Assembly: GCA_035762565.1 (NCBI GenBank)
Contig: DASTOJ010000305.1
Span: forward strand, 6,835-70,834
Source of the DNA: Candidatus Methylomirabilota bacterium
Lineage (GTDB): Bacteria; Methylomirabilota; Methylomirabilia; Rokubacteriales; CSP1-6
Length of the DNA stretch: 64,000 bases
Reading direction: 5' to 3'
Positions 36,570 through 44,822 of this stretch are shown here, in pieces. The notes under the pieces are model-generated. The model was given only the letters and a program-made list of their open reading frames with translations, had not been told where the DNA came from and searched no databases. How positions within the stretch are numbered: the first letter of the stretch is position 1; the number at the start of each line of letters is the position of its first letter. The translations under genes and the position numbers were made by a program.

Positions 36570-37784
36570 GTGTCGGCCCGTATCGTTCTGGGCGTGACTC
36601 GACTGTGCTCCTGGCCGCGCTGGTGCGCGCTCCTCGTCGGGGTGGGAATCGCGCTTGGTGGGGCCGTGGATGCGGCGGGGGCGGGGGCGCCGACGGATAC
36701 GTTGCGGGATTTCTTCGGCGCGGTGAACGTCGTGCTGAACGATCCCCGCACGGAAGACCAGCCGCAGGAGAAACTGCGGGCGATCCGCCGTCACGTCGAC
36801 GACGTGTTCGACTTCCGGGAAGCGGCCATGCTCGCCCTGGGCCGCGAGTGGGCCGCCCGCACCGCGCTCGAGCAGAACGAGTTCGTCGCGCTGTTCGCCG
36901 ACCTCCTGGAGCGCTCGTTCGTGTGGCGCGTCGCCGGCAAGGCCAGCCTCGGCGGCGGCGTGAAGGTCGACTACGTGGGCGAGACGGTCAACGGCGACAC
37001 CGCCTCCGTCCAGACCGCCGTCGCCGCCCGCGACGGCAGTGATTTCCGGCTGGAGTTCCGCCTGGTGCGGCGGGCCGAGCGGTGGGTCGTGCGCGACGTC
37101 GTGATGGAGGGCGTCAGCACGATGGAGAATTATCGCGCCCAGTTCCAGCGCGTCGTGCGCGACACGTCCTGGCCCGAGCTCGTGAGCCAGCTGCGCGCCA
37201 AGGTCGGCGCGCCGCCGGGCGGTGGTCAGGTCACGACGGCCCGGGTGGTCTCGCCCCCGCCGGTTGCGCCACCTCCGCCCGGACCCGCGCCGCGGCCGGT
37301 GGTGCCCCCCTTGCCCCTGCCCACGCTCGACCGAACGATCGCAGACGAGCGCCGGGCACTCGCGCGGGACGTTGCCGCCGTCATCACGCCGGGCCTCGCC
37401 GTGCCCGACGTCACCTCGGCAGGGCCGCCGCGACCGCGGCGCGAGATCGTGCCGGTCGTCCTTCCATCGACCACGGTCGCCGCCGTCGCTCCGGCCCGGC
37501 CGCCCGAGGCCCCCGCGGGCCCCGTCCCCGCCCTCGCCCCCCGGACTCCGCCCGCAACGGTCTGGATCCAGGTCGGCGCCTTCAAGAGCGCGACGCTGGC
37601 CGGTCGCGTGGCGGCGCGAGTGAACGGCGAGATCCTCGTCGTCGCCCCGCGAGCGCCGGCCGGGGTACGGGGAGAGCCACTCCTGCGCGTCCGCGTGGGT
37701 CCCTTCCCCGACCGCGCCCACGCCGCCGACCGGCTGCGGGAAATCCGGGCGCTCGGCTACCAGCCCTTCCTCACGGGGGACTGA
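36570..37784 (+). CDS. Fusion protein: N-terminal MlaC / toluene-tolerance (Ttg2D) phospholipid-binding domain, a Pro-rich linker, and a C-terminal SPOR (septal peptidoglycan-binding) domain; 404 aa.
   Basis: MlaC-like region (AIRRHVDDVFDFREAAMLALGREWAARTALEQNEFVALFADLLERSFV ... VMEGVSTMENYRAQFQ). A PPPVAPPPPGPAP linker. SPOR-like tail (VWIQVGAFKSATLAGRVAARVNGE ... LREIRALGYQPFL). Confidence 0.6.
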   Translation: MSARIVLGVTRLCSWPRWCALLVGVGIALGGAVDAAGAGAPTDTLRDFFGAVNVVLNDPRTEDQPQEKLRAIRRHVDDVFDFREAAMLALGREWAARTALEQNEFVALFADLLERSFVWRVAGKASLGGGVKVDYVGETVNGDTASVQTAVAARDGSDFRLEFRLVRRAERWVVRDVVMEGVSTMENYRAQFQRVVRDTSWPELVSQLRAKVGAPPGGGQVTTARVVSPPPVAPPPPGPAPRPVVPPLPLPTLDRTIADERRALARDVAAVITPGLAVPDVTSAGPPRPRREIVPVVLPSTTVAAVAPARPPEAPAGPVPALAPRTPPATVWIQVGAFKSATLAGRVAARVNGEILVVAPRAPAGVRGEPLLRVRVGPFPDRAHAADRLREIRALGYQPFLTGD

Positions 37785-37825
37785 CCGGCCGGGCACCCCG
37801 CGTCCGCCGTGCTAGGCTAGCGCGC

Positions 37826-38815
37826 GTGCGCTGGCTGATCGTCCTGCCCTTTGCGCGGCCAGGGCTGATGGGGGTGGACTTCGGCGACGAGCTGCGCGGG
37901 CTCGGCCACGAGGTGCGTCTCTTCGCCTACCGGCGCGACGACCCACTCTACAAGAACACGCCGACCAAGGGGCTCTACCAGCGCTGGATCCTCCGCCGCC
38001 TCGAGCGCGCCTGCGCGGCCTGGCGTCCGGAGGTCGTGCTGGTGATCAAGGGCGGGCCGATCCCCCCGGACTTCCTGCGGCGGGTGAAGGCGCGGCTCGG
38101 CCCGCTGGTCGTGAACGTCTTCCCCGACAACCCGCTGTGGATGATCCCGTTCGAGTGCCTGGAGGCCTATGACGTCTTCTTCACCAAGGAGCGCTACGCG
38201 CTCCGGACGCTGCAATCGGTCGGCCTGCGCAACCTCCACTACCTGCCGATGTACTGCGTGCCCGCCGCGCACCATCCGGTCGCCCTGACGCCGGACGAGA
38301 CGCAACGGTTCGGCGCCGCGGTGTCGCTGGTCGGAAGCCGCTACGGCTACCGTGAGCGCCTCGTGCGCGCGCTGGCCGACCGGCCGCTGCGGGTGTGGGG
38401 CGGCGGCTGGAGCCGCGCCCGTGATCCGGCCGTGCGCCCGCTCGTCGCCGGCGGGCCGGTCTTCGGGCGCGACAAGCTGTGCGTGTACTCGGGCTCCACG
38501 CTTTCGCTCAACCCGCACCATCCGATGAACGACATCGTCGGCGTGAACACGCGGACGTTCGAGCTTGCCGCGGCGGGCGCCTGCCAGGTGGCCGACTTCA
38601 AGGAGGATATGGCCACGCTGTTCAAGCCCGGCGAGGAGGTCGTCGTCTACCGCGACCTCGGCGAGCTGCGCCGGCTGCTCGATCACTATCTGGCGCGGCC
38701 CGAGGAGGCGCGCGCCGTCGGCGACAACGCCCGGCGCCGCGCGCTGACCGAGCACACCCTGCGCCATCGCGTCGAGGAGATGCTGGCGGTGATCCGGGAG
38801 CGGTTCGGCCGATGA
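37826..38815 (+). CDS. CgeB-family / DUF3880-type glycosyltransferase-like protein (about 329 aa).
   Basis: GTG start at VRWLIVLPF. The C-terminal region resembles glycosyltransferase group-1-like CgeB proteins (FELAAAGACQVAD...). Confidence 0.5.
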   Translation: MRWLIVLPFARPGLMGVDFGDELRGLGHEVRLFAYRRDDPLYKNTPTKGLYQRWILRRLERACAAWRPEVVLVIKGGPIPPDFLRRVKARLGPLVVNVFPDNPLWMIPFECLEAYDVFFTKERYALRTLQSVGLRNLHYLPMYCVPAAHHPVALTPDETQRFGAAVSLVGSRYGYRERLVRALADRPLRVWGGGWSRARDPAVRPLVAGGPVFGRDKLCVYSGSTLSLNPHHPMNDIVGVNTRTFELAAAGACQVADFKEDMATLFKPGEEVVVYRDLGELRRLLDHYLARPEEARAVGDNARRRALTEHTLRHRVEEMLAVIRERFGR

Positions 38816-40038
38816 CGGAGTCGCTCGCGCGCGACCTCGTCTGCATCGACTGCGGGAGCGCCTACGCCCTCGGCTACCGGCTGGAGTGCGAGAGGTGTCG
38901 CGGGCTCCTGGAGCTGCGCTACGACCTGGACCCGGCGCGCCGCGAGGGGCCCGGCCTCCTGCGCGGCGGCGGCCTCTGGCGCTACGCCCCGATGCTGCCG
39001 ATCGCCGATCCCGCGCACCGGGTGACGCTCGGCGAGGGGGGTTCGCCGCTGCTGGAGTGCCCGCGGCTGGCCGCGCAGCTGGGCGTGCGCCGGCTGCGCC
39101 TCAAGTACGAGGGGGCGAACCCCACCGGCACGGTCAAAGACCGCTCGTCCGCCACCGCCGTGGGCGCCGCCCTGCAGTTCGGCTTCCGTGCGACCTCGGT
39201 GGTCTCGAGCGGAAACGCCGGCTCCTCGATCGCCGCCTACTCGGCGCGGGCCGGACTGCGCTCGCTCATCTTCGCCTACGAGCGCGCCTCGGCGCCCAAG
39301 CTGCTGCACATGGCGGCGACCACGACCGACCTCGTCGTCTACCGGGGCGTCTACGACGATCTCATCACGATCTGGGACCGGCTCGTGGAGGACCGCCTCT
39401 TCTTCGACTGCGGCGCTTCCCGCAATGCCTACAAGCACGAGGGCAAGAAAACGCTCGCGTACGAGATCGCCGAGCAGAGCGGCTGGGCGCCGCCCGACGT
39501 GGTCGTGGCGCCGGTAGCCGTGGGTGAGACTTTCATCGCGGCCGCGCGGGGCTTCCGGGAGATGCACGCGGCGGGCTGGATCCCCCGTGTCCCCCGCATG
39601 GTGGCGGCCCAGGCGACCCGCGCGAATGCCGTGGTGCGCGCGTTCCGCGCGAACACCGCCATCACCCCGCTCACGATCGGCTACACGGTCGCCGAGGGAC
39701 TCGCCGCCGGCAATCCCGGGCGCAAGGGCGAGTGGGTGTTGCGTCTGCTCCGCGAGCACGGCGGCGCCGCCGGGGACGTGGAGGACGAGGCGATCCTCGC
39801 CGCCCAGCGCACGCTGGCCCGCACCGAGGGCGTGTGGGCCGGTCCCACCGGCGCCGCCTCGCTGGCCGTGCTGATGCGGCTCCTGGCCGACCGCGCGCTC
39901 GATCCCGCGCAGGACATCTGCGTGGTCATCAGCGAGACCGGCCTCAAGACCGAGGCGGAGCCGCCCAGCCGGAGCGGCACCGCGTTCGACGAGGCGTCGC
40001 TACGCCGTCTCGTCACCGGGCGCCTGGGGCCGCGCTGA
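38812..40038 (+). CDS. Threonine-synthase-like PLP-dependent enzyme (fold type II) with an N-terminal Zn ribbon, 408 aa.
   Basis: CIDCGSAY..CERCRG zinc ribbon. PLP lysine motif ANPTGTVKDRSS. A Gly-rich SSGNAGSS loop. The ATG overlaps the upstream stop (ATGA). Confidence 0.75.
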   Translation: MTESLARDLVCIDCGSAYALGYRLECERCRGLLELRYDLDPARREGPGLLRGGGLWRYAPMLPIADPAHRVTLGEGGSPLLECPRLAAQLGVRRLRLKYEGANPTGTVKDRSSATAVGAALQFGFRATSVVSSGNAGSSIAAYSARAGLRSLIFAYERASAPKLLHMAATTTDLVVYRGVYDDLITIWDRLVEDRLFFDCGASRNAYKHEGKKTLAYEIAEQSGWAPPDVVVAPVAVGETFIAAARGFREMHAAGWIPRVPRMVAAQATRANAVVRAFRANTAITPLTIGYTVAEGLAAGNPGRKGEWVLRLLREHGGAAGDVEDEAILAAQRTLARTEGVWAGPTGAASLAVLMRLLADRALDPAQDICVVISETGLKTEAEPPSRSGTAFDEASLRRLVTGRLGPR

Positions 40039-40051
40039 CCGGCCCTGCCGC

Positions 40052-40624
40052 GTGCCGCTGCCACGCGCGTTCTACCTCCGAACCCCCCGGGTCGTGGCCC
40101 GCGACCTCCTCGGCTGCGTCCTCGTGTCCCGCCGCGGCGGCGTCCTGACGGCCGGCCGCATCGTCGAGACCGAGGCGTACCTGGGCCCCGAGGACGCCGC
40201 CTCCCATGCCGCGTTTCGGCCGGGCAGCCACGCGCTCTTCTACGGCGGGGGTGGCGTGGCCTACGTCTTCCTGAACTACGGCACTCACCTCTGCCTCAAC
40301 GCGATCACCGGACGCCCGGGGACTCCGGGCTGCGTCCTCATCCGCGCGCTCGAGCCGGTGGCCGGGCGGGCGGCGATGGCGCGGCGCCGCGGCACGGCGC
40401 GCGACTCGCCGCGCCTGGCGTCCGGTCCCGGCAATCTCACCCGCGCCCTGGGCGTCACGCTGCGCGACAACGGCGCCGATCTCACCCGGGGTGCGCTGAG
40501 CGTCGAGCCACCACGCGGCCCCCGGCGCTTTCGCATCGCGACCGGTCCCCGCGTCGGCATCACCCGCGCGGTGGACCTCCGCCTGCGCTTCTGGATCGCC
40601 GGACACCCCAACACGTCTCGCTGA
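40052..40624 (+). CDS. mpg: DNA-3-methyladenine glycosylase (Mpg/AAG family), 190 aa.
   Basis: FYLRTPRVVARDLLGCVLV ... IVETEAYLGPEDAASHA ... NAITGRPG: the typical Mpg pattern. Confidence 0.8.
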   Translation: MPLPRAFYLRTPRVVARDLLGCVLVSRRGGVLTAGRIVETEAYLGPEDAASHAAFRPGSHALFYGGGGVAYVFLNYGTHLCLNAITGRPGTPGCVLIRALEPVAGRAAMARRRGTARDSPRLASGPGNLTRALGVTLRDNGADLTRGALSVEPPRGPRRFRIATGPRVGITRAVDLRLRFWIAGHPNTSR

Positions 40625-40791
40625 ACCACGGGGGAGCACGCCGCAATGAACCACCCAGGGTCGGGTGGCCGTTGCCCACCGGGCGGTGTCCGGGAGGGTC
40701 GTCGCCTTCCTTCGCGCGGCTTTGGGCGGATGCGGGGCGGGCACGGGCCTTGCCACGCTTTCGTCGTGGCGACCCCGACGGGAGGAGACGA

Positions 40792-41127
40792 ATGACCAGG
40801 CTGACCCGATCGATCGGCGTGCTCGCGGCAACCCTGGCGCTGACCGGCTGCGCGTCCCTGAGCGACCCGGTCGTGCAGTTCCTCAACGACAGCTCCACCA
40901 CCACCGCGATCAAGACCCGGCTGGCGATGGACGGCCCCCGCACTCTTACCGGCATCGGGGTCCACACCTCCGACGACATGGTGCGGCTCACCGGCACGGT
41001 CGCCGGCGAGGCCGAGCGGCAGCGGGTGGAGTCCATCGCCCGCGGCATCGCGGGCGACAACCGCGTGATCAGCGAGGTGCGGGTGGCGACGAGTCCCGCG
41101 GCGGCACCCCGCGCTCAGAAGGAGTAG
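40792..41127 (+). CDS. BON-domain lipoprotein (OsmY-like), 111 aa.
   Basis: Start at MTRLTRSIGVLAATLALTGC, preceded by GGAGGAG. BON-like region TTAIKTRLAMDG...VRLTGTVAGEAERQRVESIARGIAG. Confidence 0.6.
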   Translation: MTRLTRSIGVLAATLALTGCASLSDPVVQFLNDSSTTTAIKTRLAMDGPRTLTGIGVHTSDDMVRLTGTVAGEAERQRVESIARGIAGDNRVISEVRVATSPAAAPRAQKE

Positions 41128-41903
41128 GCGCGCAGCTCCTCGGCGACCTCGACGACCCCGCCGAAGTGCCGCCGGGCCTCGGCCGCGAGGGCGCCGACGT
41201 GGTCGTGGTACTCGATCGCGATGTGCGTGAGGAGCAGCCGCCGCACGCCGGCACGGGCCGCCACCCGGCCGGCGTCGGCGGCGCTGGAGTGGGCGACGAA
41301 GCGGCCGGGCGCGCGGTCGGGCTCGGCGAACGTCGCCTCGTGGACGAGCGTGTCGGCGCCACGGGCCAGGGCGACGACCGCCTCGCTGGGCTCCGTATCG
41401 GACGAGTAGACCACGCCGGCGCCGCCCTCGACGTCCACGCGCACCGCGAAGTTCGGCATCGCGCCGTGCGCATTGGGCGCCGTGCGCACCGCCAGACCGC
41501 CCGTCGTGAACGCTCGGGCGCCGACGGCCAGGTCGATCGGCGCCAGCTCCAGGGCGAAGAACTCGGGCCGCTTCCACAACCGGAAGACCGTGAGCAGCGT
41601 CCGGAGCGGGTCGACGTGCTCGGGCCGGCACACGACGGTCAGCGGGGCGCGCCGTTCGAGGACGGCCAGCTGCCGGACGAGCGAGGGCAGGCCGTAGGCG
41701 TGGTCGACGTGCATATGGGTGATGATGGCGTGCGTGAGCAGGAGCGGGTCGAGGCCGAGCCGGCGCAGCCGCTGCACGGTGCCTCCGCCGCAGTCGGCGA
41801 GGACCGCGGCCCCGTCCCCCTCGAAGACGAGCGAGGTGTTCTCGCGCTCGGCCGACGCGACCGACCCCGAGGTGCCGAGGAAGGCGAACCGCGCCGGCGT
41901 CAC
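41115..41903 (-). CDS. MBL-fold metallo-hydrolase (RNase Z / beta-lactamase superfamily), 262 aa.
   Basis: THMHVDHAYG (HxHxDH) motif. The GTG start overlaps the upstream stop (GTGA). Confidence 0.65.
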   Translation of the reverse strand: MTPARFAFLGTSGSVASAERENTSLVFEGDGAAVLADCGGGTVQRLRRLGLDPLLLTHAIITHMHVDHAYGLPSLVRQLAVLERRAPLTVVCRPEHVDPLRTLLTVFRLWKRPEFFALELAPIDLAVGARAFTTGGLAVRTAPNAHGAMPNFAVRVDVEGGAGVVYSSDTEPSEAVVALARGADTLVHEATFAEPDRAPGRFVAHSSAADAGRVAARAGVRRLLLTHIAIEYHDHVGALAAEARRHFGGVVEVAEELRAYSF

Positions 41904-42643
41904 CGCGCGCGGCGGAGCGTCTCGGGATCGAACAGCGCGTCGGCCGGGTTCGTGTTGACCGCGACGGCGCGCACGACGACGAGCAGCAGCAGCTTGCCGT
42001 CGACGAAGGCCTCCTGCCGGTGCGGGAAGGCGAACCCTCCGGTCAGCGGCCGGTGCTCGGAGAACGCGAGATCCACCACGCCCTCCCCCCTTGGCAGACG
42101 CTCGCGGCGGATGAAGCGGACAACGCCGTGCTCGGGGTCCAGCCACACGGACGGGGTGTCGCGCTCGCCCGCCCGGGCGCCGATCACGGTCACGGCGCGC
42201 CCGGCCAGACGGGTGGCGTGGCTGACGTCGTCCCGGACGCCGAGGGCGCGCCACTCGGCCAGCAAGTCGGCGGCGGTCCGCCGGAACGGCATGACGAGAT
42301 GGGTGCGGTCTCGCTCGAGGGCGGGCGCCTCGTGGACGCGGCCGTCGCCGGTCCGGATCCACACCTGGTCCCCGATCGACAGCCGGACCTCACGCCGGCC
42401 GTCCATCACCTGCTCCACGCGCTGCCGTCGCGGGACCTTGACCCATACCCGCTGCTCGCCAGTAGACTGTGGGTGCCGGCCGTCGGGGTGATAGAGCGTG
42501 AAGGTCTGCTCGATGTGGAGATCGGTGACCCCGACCCCGGCCAGGCGCGCGACGAACGCCTCGACGGCGGCGCGGGCGTCGGCCGCCAGGGCCGCGCACG
42601 GCAGGAGGAGAGCGGCCAGCAGGGCCGCGACGCGTGGCGCCAC
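41900..42643 (-). CDS. Secreted protein with a LolA-like (outer-membrane lipoprotein carrier-like) beta-fold; hypothetical, 247 aa.
   Basis: GTG start. Signal peptide AALLAALLLPCAALAA followed by a beta-rich sequence. Family assignment is tentative. Confidence 0.4.
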   Translation of the reverse strand: MAPRVAALLAALLLPCAALAADARAAVEAFVARLAGVGVTDLHIEQTFTLYHPDGRHPQSTGEQRVWVKVPRRQRVEQVMDGRREVRLSIGDQVWIRTGDGRVHEAPALERDRTHLVMPFRRTAADLLAEWRALGVRDDVSHATRLAGRAVTVIGARAGERDTPSVWLDPEHGVVRFIRRERLPRGEGVVDLAFSEHRPLTGGFAFPHRQEAFVDGKLLLLVVVRAVAVNTNPADALFDPETLRRAR

Positions 42644-42687
42644 GGGTCCCTTATATCGTGTAAGGCCGCAAAAGTCCTTGCTAAACG

Positions 42688-42717
42688 TTGACAGCCCCGC
42701 AACGGGCTTCGTATGAT
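42688..42717 (+). promoter_or_regulatory. Near-consensus sigma70 promoter for the tol-pal operon: -35 TTGACA, 18-nt spacer, -10 TATGAT.
   Basis: TTGACA at 42688-42693 and TATGAT at 42712-42717. The tolQ GTG at 42753 is preceded by AAAGGAG. Confidence 0.45.
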
Positions 42718-42752
42718 CGATCCTGGCCGATCCAAGACGCAAAGGAGCCTGC

Positions 42753-43484
42753 GTGCCTACCTCCGACACGCTCAATACCGGGGTCCTCGAGCTGGTCCTG
42801 AACGCCGGACCGGTCGCGAAGTTCGTCCTGGCGATCCTGTTGCTGTTTTCGATCGTCTCGTGGGCGCTCATCGTCGAGAAGTGGTGGCAGCTCAGGCGGG
42901 TGCGGCGCCAGACGCTGGGCTTCGTCAAGGTCTTCCGCGAGGGGCGACGACCGTCGATCGTGCACTCGGCCGCCCGGAAGTTCCGTGACAGTCCCTTGGC
43001 CCAGCTCTACGCCGCTGCGTACGGGGAGATCTCGGGGCTGCCCGACATCGTCGAGGCCGTCGTCGACGACGGTGACGACGGCCTGGCGCCCGAGCGCCTG
43101 GACGCCGTGCACCGCGCGATGCGGCGGGCGGCCGGGCTCGAGGTGGCCCAGCTCGAGCGCTATCTGCCGTTCCTGGCCACGACCGCCAGCGCGACCCCGT
43201 TCATCGGCCTGTTCGGCACCGTGTGGGGCATCATGTCGTCGTTCCACGGCATCAGCAGCCAGGGCTCGGCCAGCCTGGCCGTGGTGGCGCCGGGCATCTC
43301 GGAGGCGCTCATCGCGACGGCGGCCGGCCTGGCCGCCGCCATTCCGGCGGTCATCGGCTACAACTACTTCGTGAACCGCGTCCGCCACTGGGCCACCGAG
43401 ATGGACGGATTCATGCTCGACCTCCTCAACGTCCTCAGCCGCCCGGTGGGCAAGCTCGCGCGGCCGGCCAAAGATGGCGTTTAA
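42753..43484 (+). CDS. tolQ: TolQ (MotA/TolQ/ExbB proton-channel family), 243 aa.
   Basis: Three TM helices and a conserved C-terminal region GLFGTVWGIM..ALIATAAGLAAAIPAVIGYNYF. Confidence 0.85.
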   Translation: MPTSDTLNTGVLELVLNAGPVAKFVLAILLLFSIVSWALIVEKWWQLRRVRRQTLGFVKVFREGRRPSIVHSAARKFRDSPLAQLYAAAYGEISGLPDIVEAVVDDGDDGLAPERLDAVHRAMRRAAGLEVAQLERYLPFLATTASATPFIGLFGTVWGIMSSFHGISSQGSASLAVVAPGISEALIATAAGLAAAIPAVIGYNYFVNRVRHWATEMDGFMLDLLNVLSRPVGKLARPAKDGV

Positions 43485-43902
43485 CGCGGGCGCGCCGGAA
43501 GGCGAGCGGCGCCTGGGAGCGTCGCTGGCCGAGATCAACATCATCCCGCTCGTCGACGTCGTGCTGGTGCTCCTGCTCATTTTCATGCTGACGGCGCCCA
43601 TGATGTACCGCGGCATCGACGTGAACCTGCCGCGGGCGGCGGCCAGGCCCACGGCTGTCGAGGAACGCATGGTCCTCACCGTCACCAAGGACCGTGCGCT
43701 GTACCTGAACGACAAGCGCGTGCCGCCGGGCGGTCTCGACTCGAACCTGCGCGCGGCGTTCAAGGGTCGCACCGACAGGACGCTCTACCTCAAAGCCGAC
43801 GCGGCCCTCTCGTACGGCGTGGTCATCGAAACGATGGACCAGGTGCGCCGCGCCGGCATCGAGCGCCTGGGCATGGTGACCGAGCCCACGCGGGAGCGCT
43901 GA
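43474..43902 (+). CDS. tolR: TolR / ExbD biopolymer transport protein, 142 aa.
   Basis: Motif EINIIPLVDVVLVLLLIFM followed by a periplasmic domain. Overlaps tolQ by 11 nt. Confidence 0.8.
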   Translation: MAFNAGAPEGERRLGASLAEINIIPLVDVVLVLLLIFMLTAPMMYRGIDVNLPRAAARPTAVEERMVLTVTKDRALYLNDKRVPPGGLDSNLRAAFKGRTDRTLYLKADAALSYGVVIETMDQVRRAGIERLGMVTEPTRER

Positions 43903-43904
43903 GG

Positions 43905-44819
43905 TTGAGCGCGGCGGGCCTGCTCCTGCTCACCCCGCGCCTGCGTCCCCGGAGCGGCCCCGCGCTCCGGCCGGCGCCGCTGCCGGTCACCGCCACCGCC
44001 CTGTCGGCGATCTGCCACGCCGCGCTGGCCGTGGTCGTGGTCCTCGCCGCCACCGCGTGGACGAGCCGTCCGTCGAAGACGTACATCGTGAACCTGGTGC
44101 CGGCGACGCCGGCGGTCGGCGCGCCGCAAGGCCGAACGGCGCCGCCTCCACGGGCCGAGGAGCCGCCGCCGCGCGTGACGCGCCGCACGCCGAGCGAGCT
44201 ACCCGAGCGGGAGACGTCGCGGACGGCGGCGCGGCCTCCCGACCTGCCGGCGCGGGCACCCGCGCTACCGGATGCCCCCGCACGCACGACGTCACTGCCC
44301 GAGCGTGCGCTGCCCGATCGCGCACCGTCCACGCCGCCGCGGCCGATGCCCGCGCCCCGCGCCGGCGACAAGGAACTGCCCGCGGTCGCCAGCGCGCCCG
44401 CCCCGCTGGCCCCGGCGCCATCGACTCCCGCCCCGGCCCCGGCCCCCGCCACCCGCCCCGAGCCACCGCCACCGCCGCTCGGCCGGCCTTCGGGCTCGGC
44501 GCAGGGCTCCGGGGCGCTGACCCTCGACGTCACGGACTTCCCGTTCGCGTGGTATCTGCGGGCGGTCCAGAACAAGATCACCGAGCGTTGGGAGGGTAAA
44601 GCGCTCCAGGGGCGCCAGCCCGTGATCACGTTCGAGATCGGCCGCGACGGGCAGGTGTCGAGCGTCGCCGTCAAGACCAGCAGCGGCAACCCGTACTACG
44701 ACCGCACCGCGATGCGGGCGATCACCGAGTCGGCGCCGTTTCCGGGGCTGCCCGCCGAGTTCCCCGGCTCCGTCCTCCGCATCCACCTCGGCTTCACCTT
44801 CGCCCAGGATCGAGGTTGA
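43905..44819 (+). CDS. tolA: TolA-position protein with a TonB-type C-terminal domain (energy transducer), 304 aa, Pro-rich.
   Basis: TTG start after TGAGG. N-terminal TM segment, long Pro/Ala-rich spacer, TonB_C-like end (VITFEIGRDGQVSSVAVKTSSGNPYYDRTAMRAI). Confidence 0.65.
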   Translation: MSAAGLLLLTPRLRPRSGPALRPAPLPVTATALSAICHAALAVVVVLAATAWTSRPSKTYIVNLVPATPAVGAPQGRTAPPPRAEEPPPRVTRRTPSELPERETSRTAARPPDLPARAPALPDAPARTTSLPERALPDRAPSTPPRPMPAPRAGDKELPAVASAPAPLAPAPSTPAPAPAPATRPEPPPPPLGRPSGSAQGSGALTLDVTDFPFAWYLRAVQNKITERWEGKALQGRQPVITFEIGRDGQVSSVAVKTSSGNPYYDRTAMRAITESAPFPGLPAEFPGSVLRIHLGFTFAQDRG

Positions 44820-44822
44820 TCG

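Noticed and set aside
35514-37796. 760-aa minus-strand ORF antisense to the DHODH-like and MlaC-SPOR genes
   Set aside because: A shadow ORF in a GC-rich region, with Arg/Gly/Asp-rich low complexity and no motifs.
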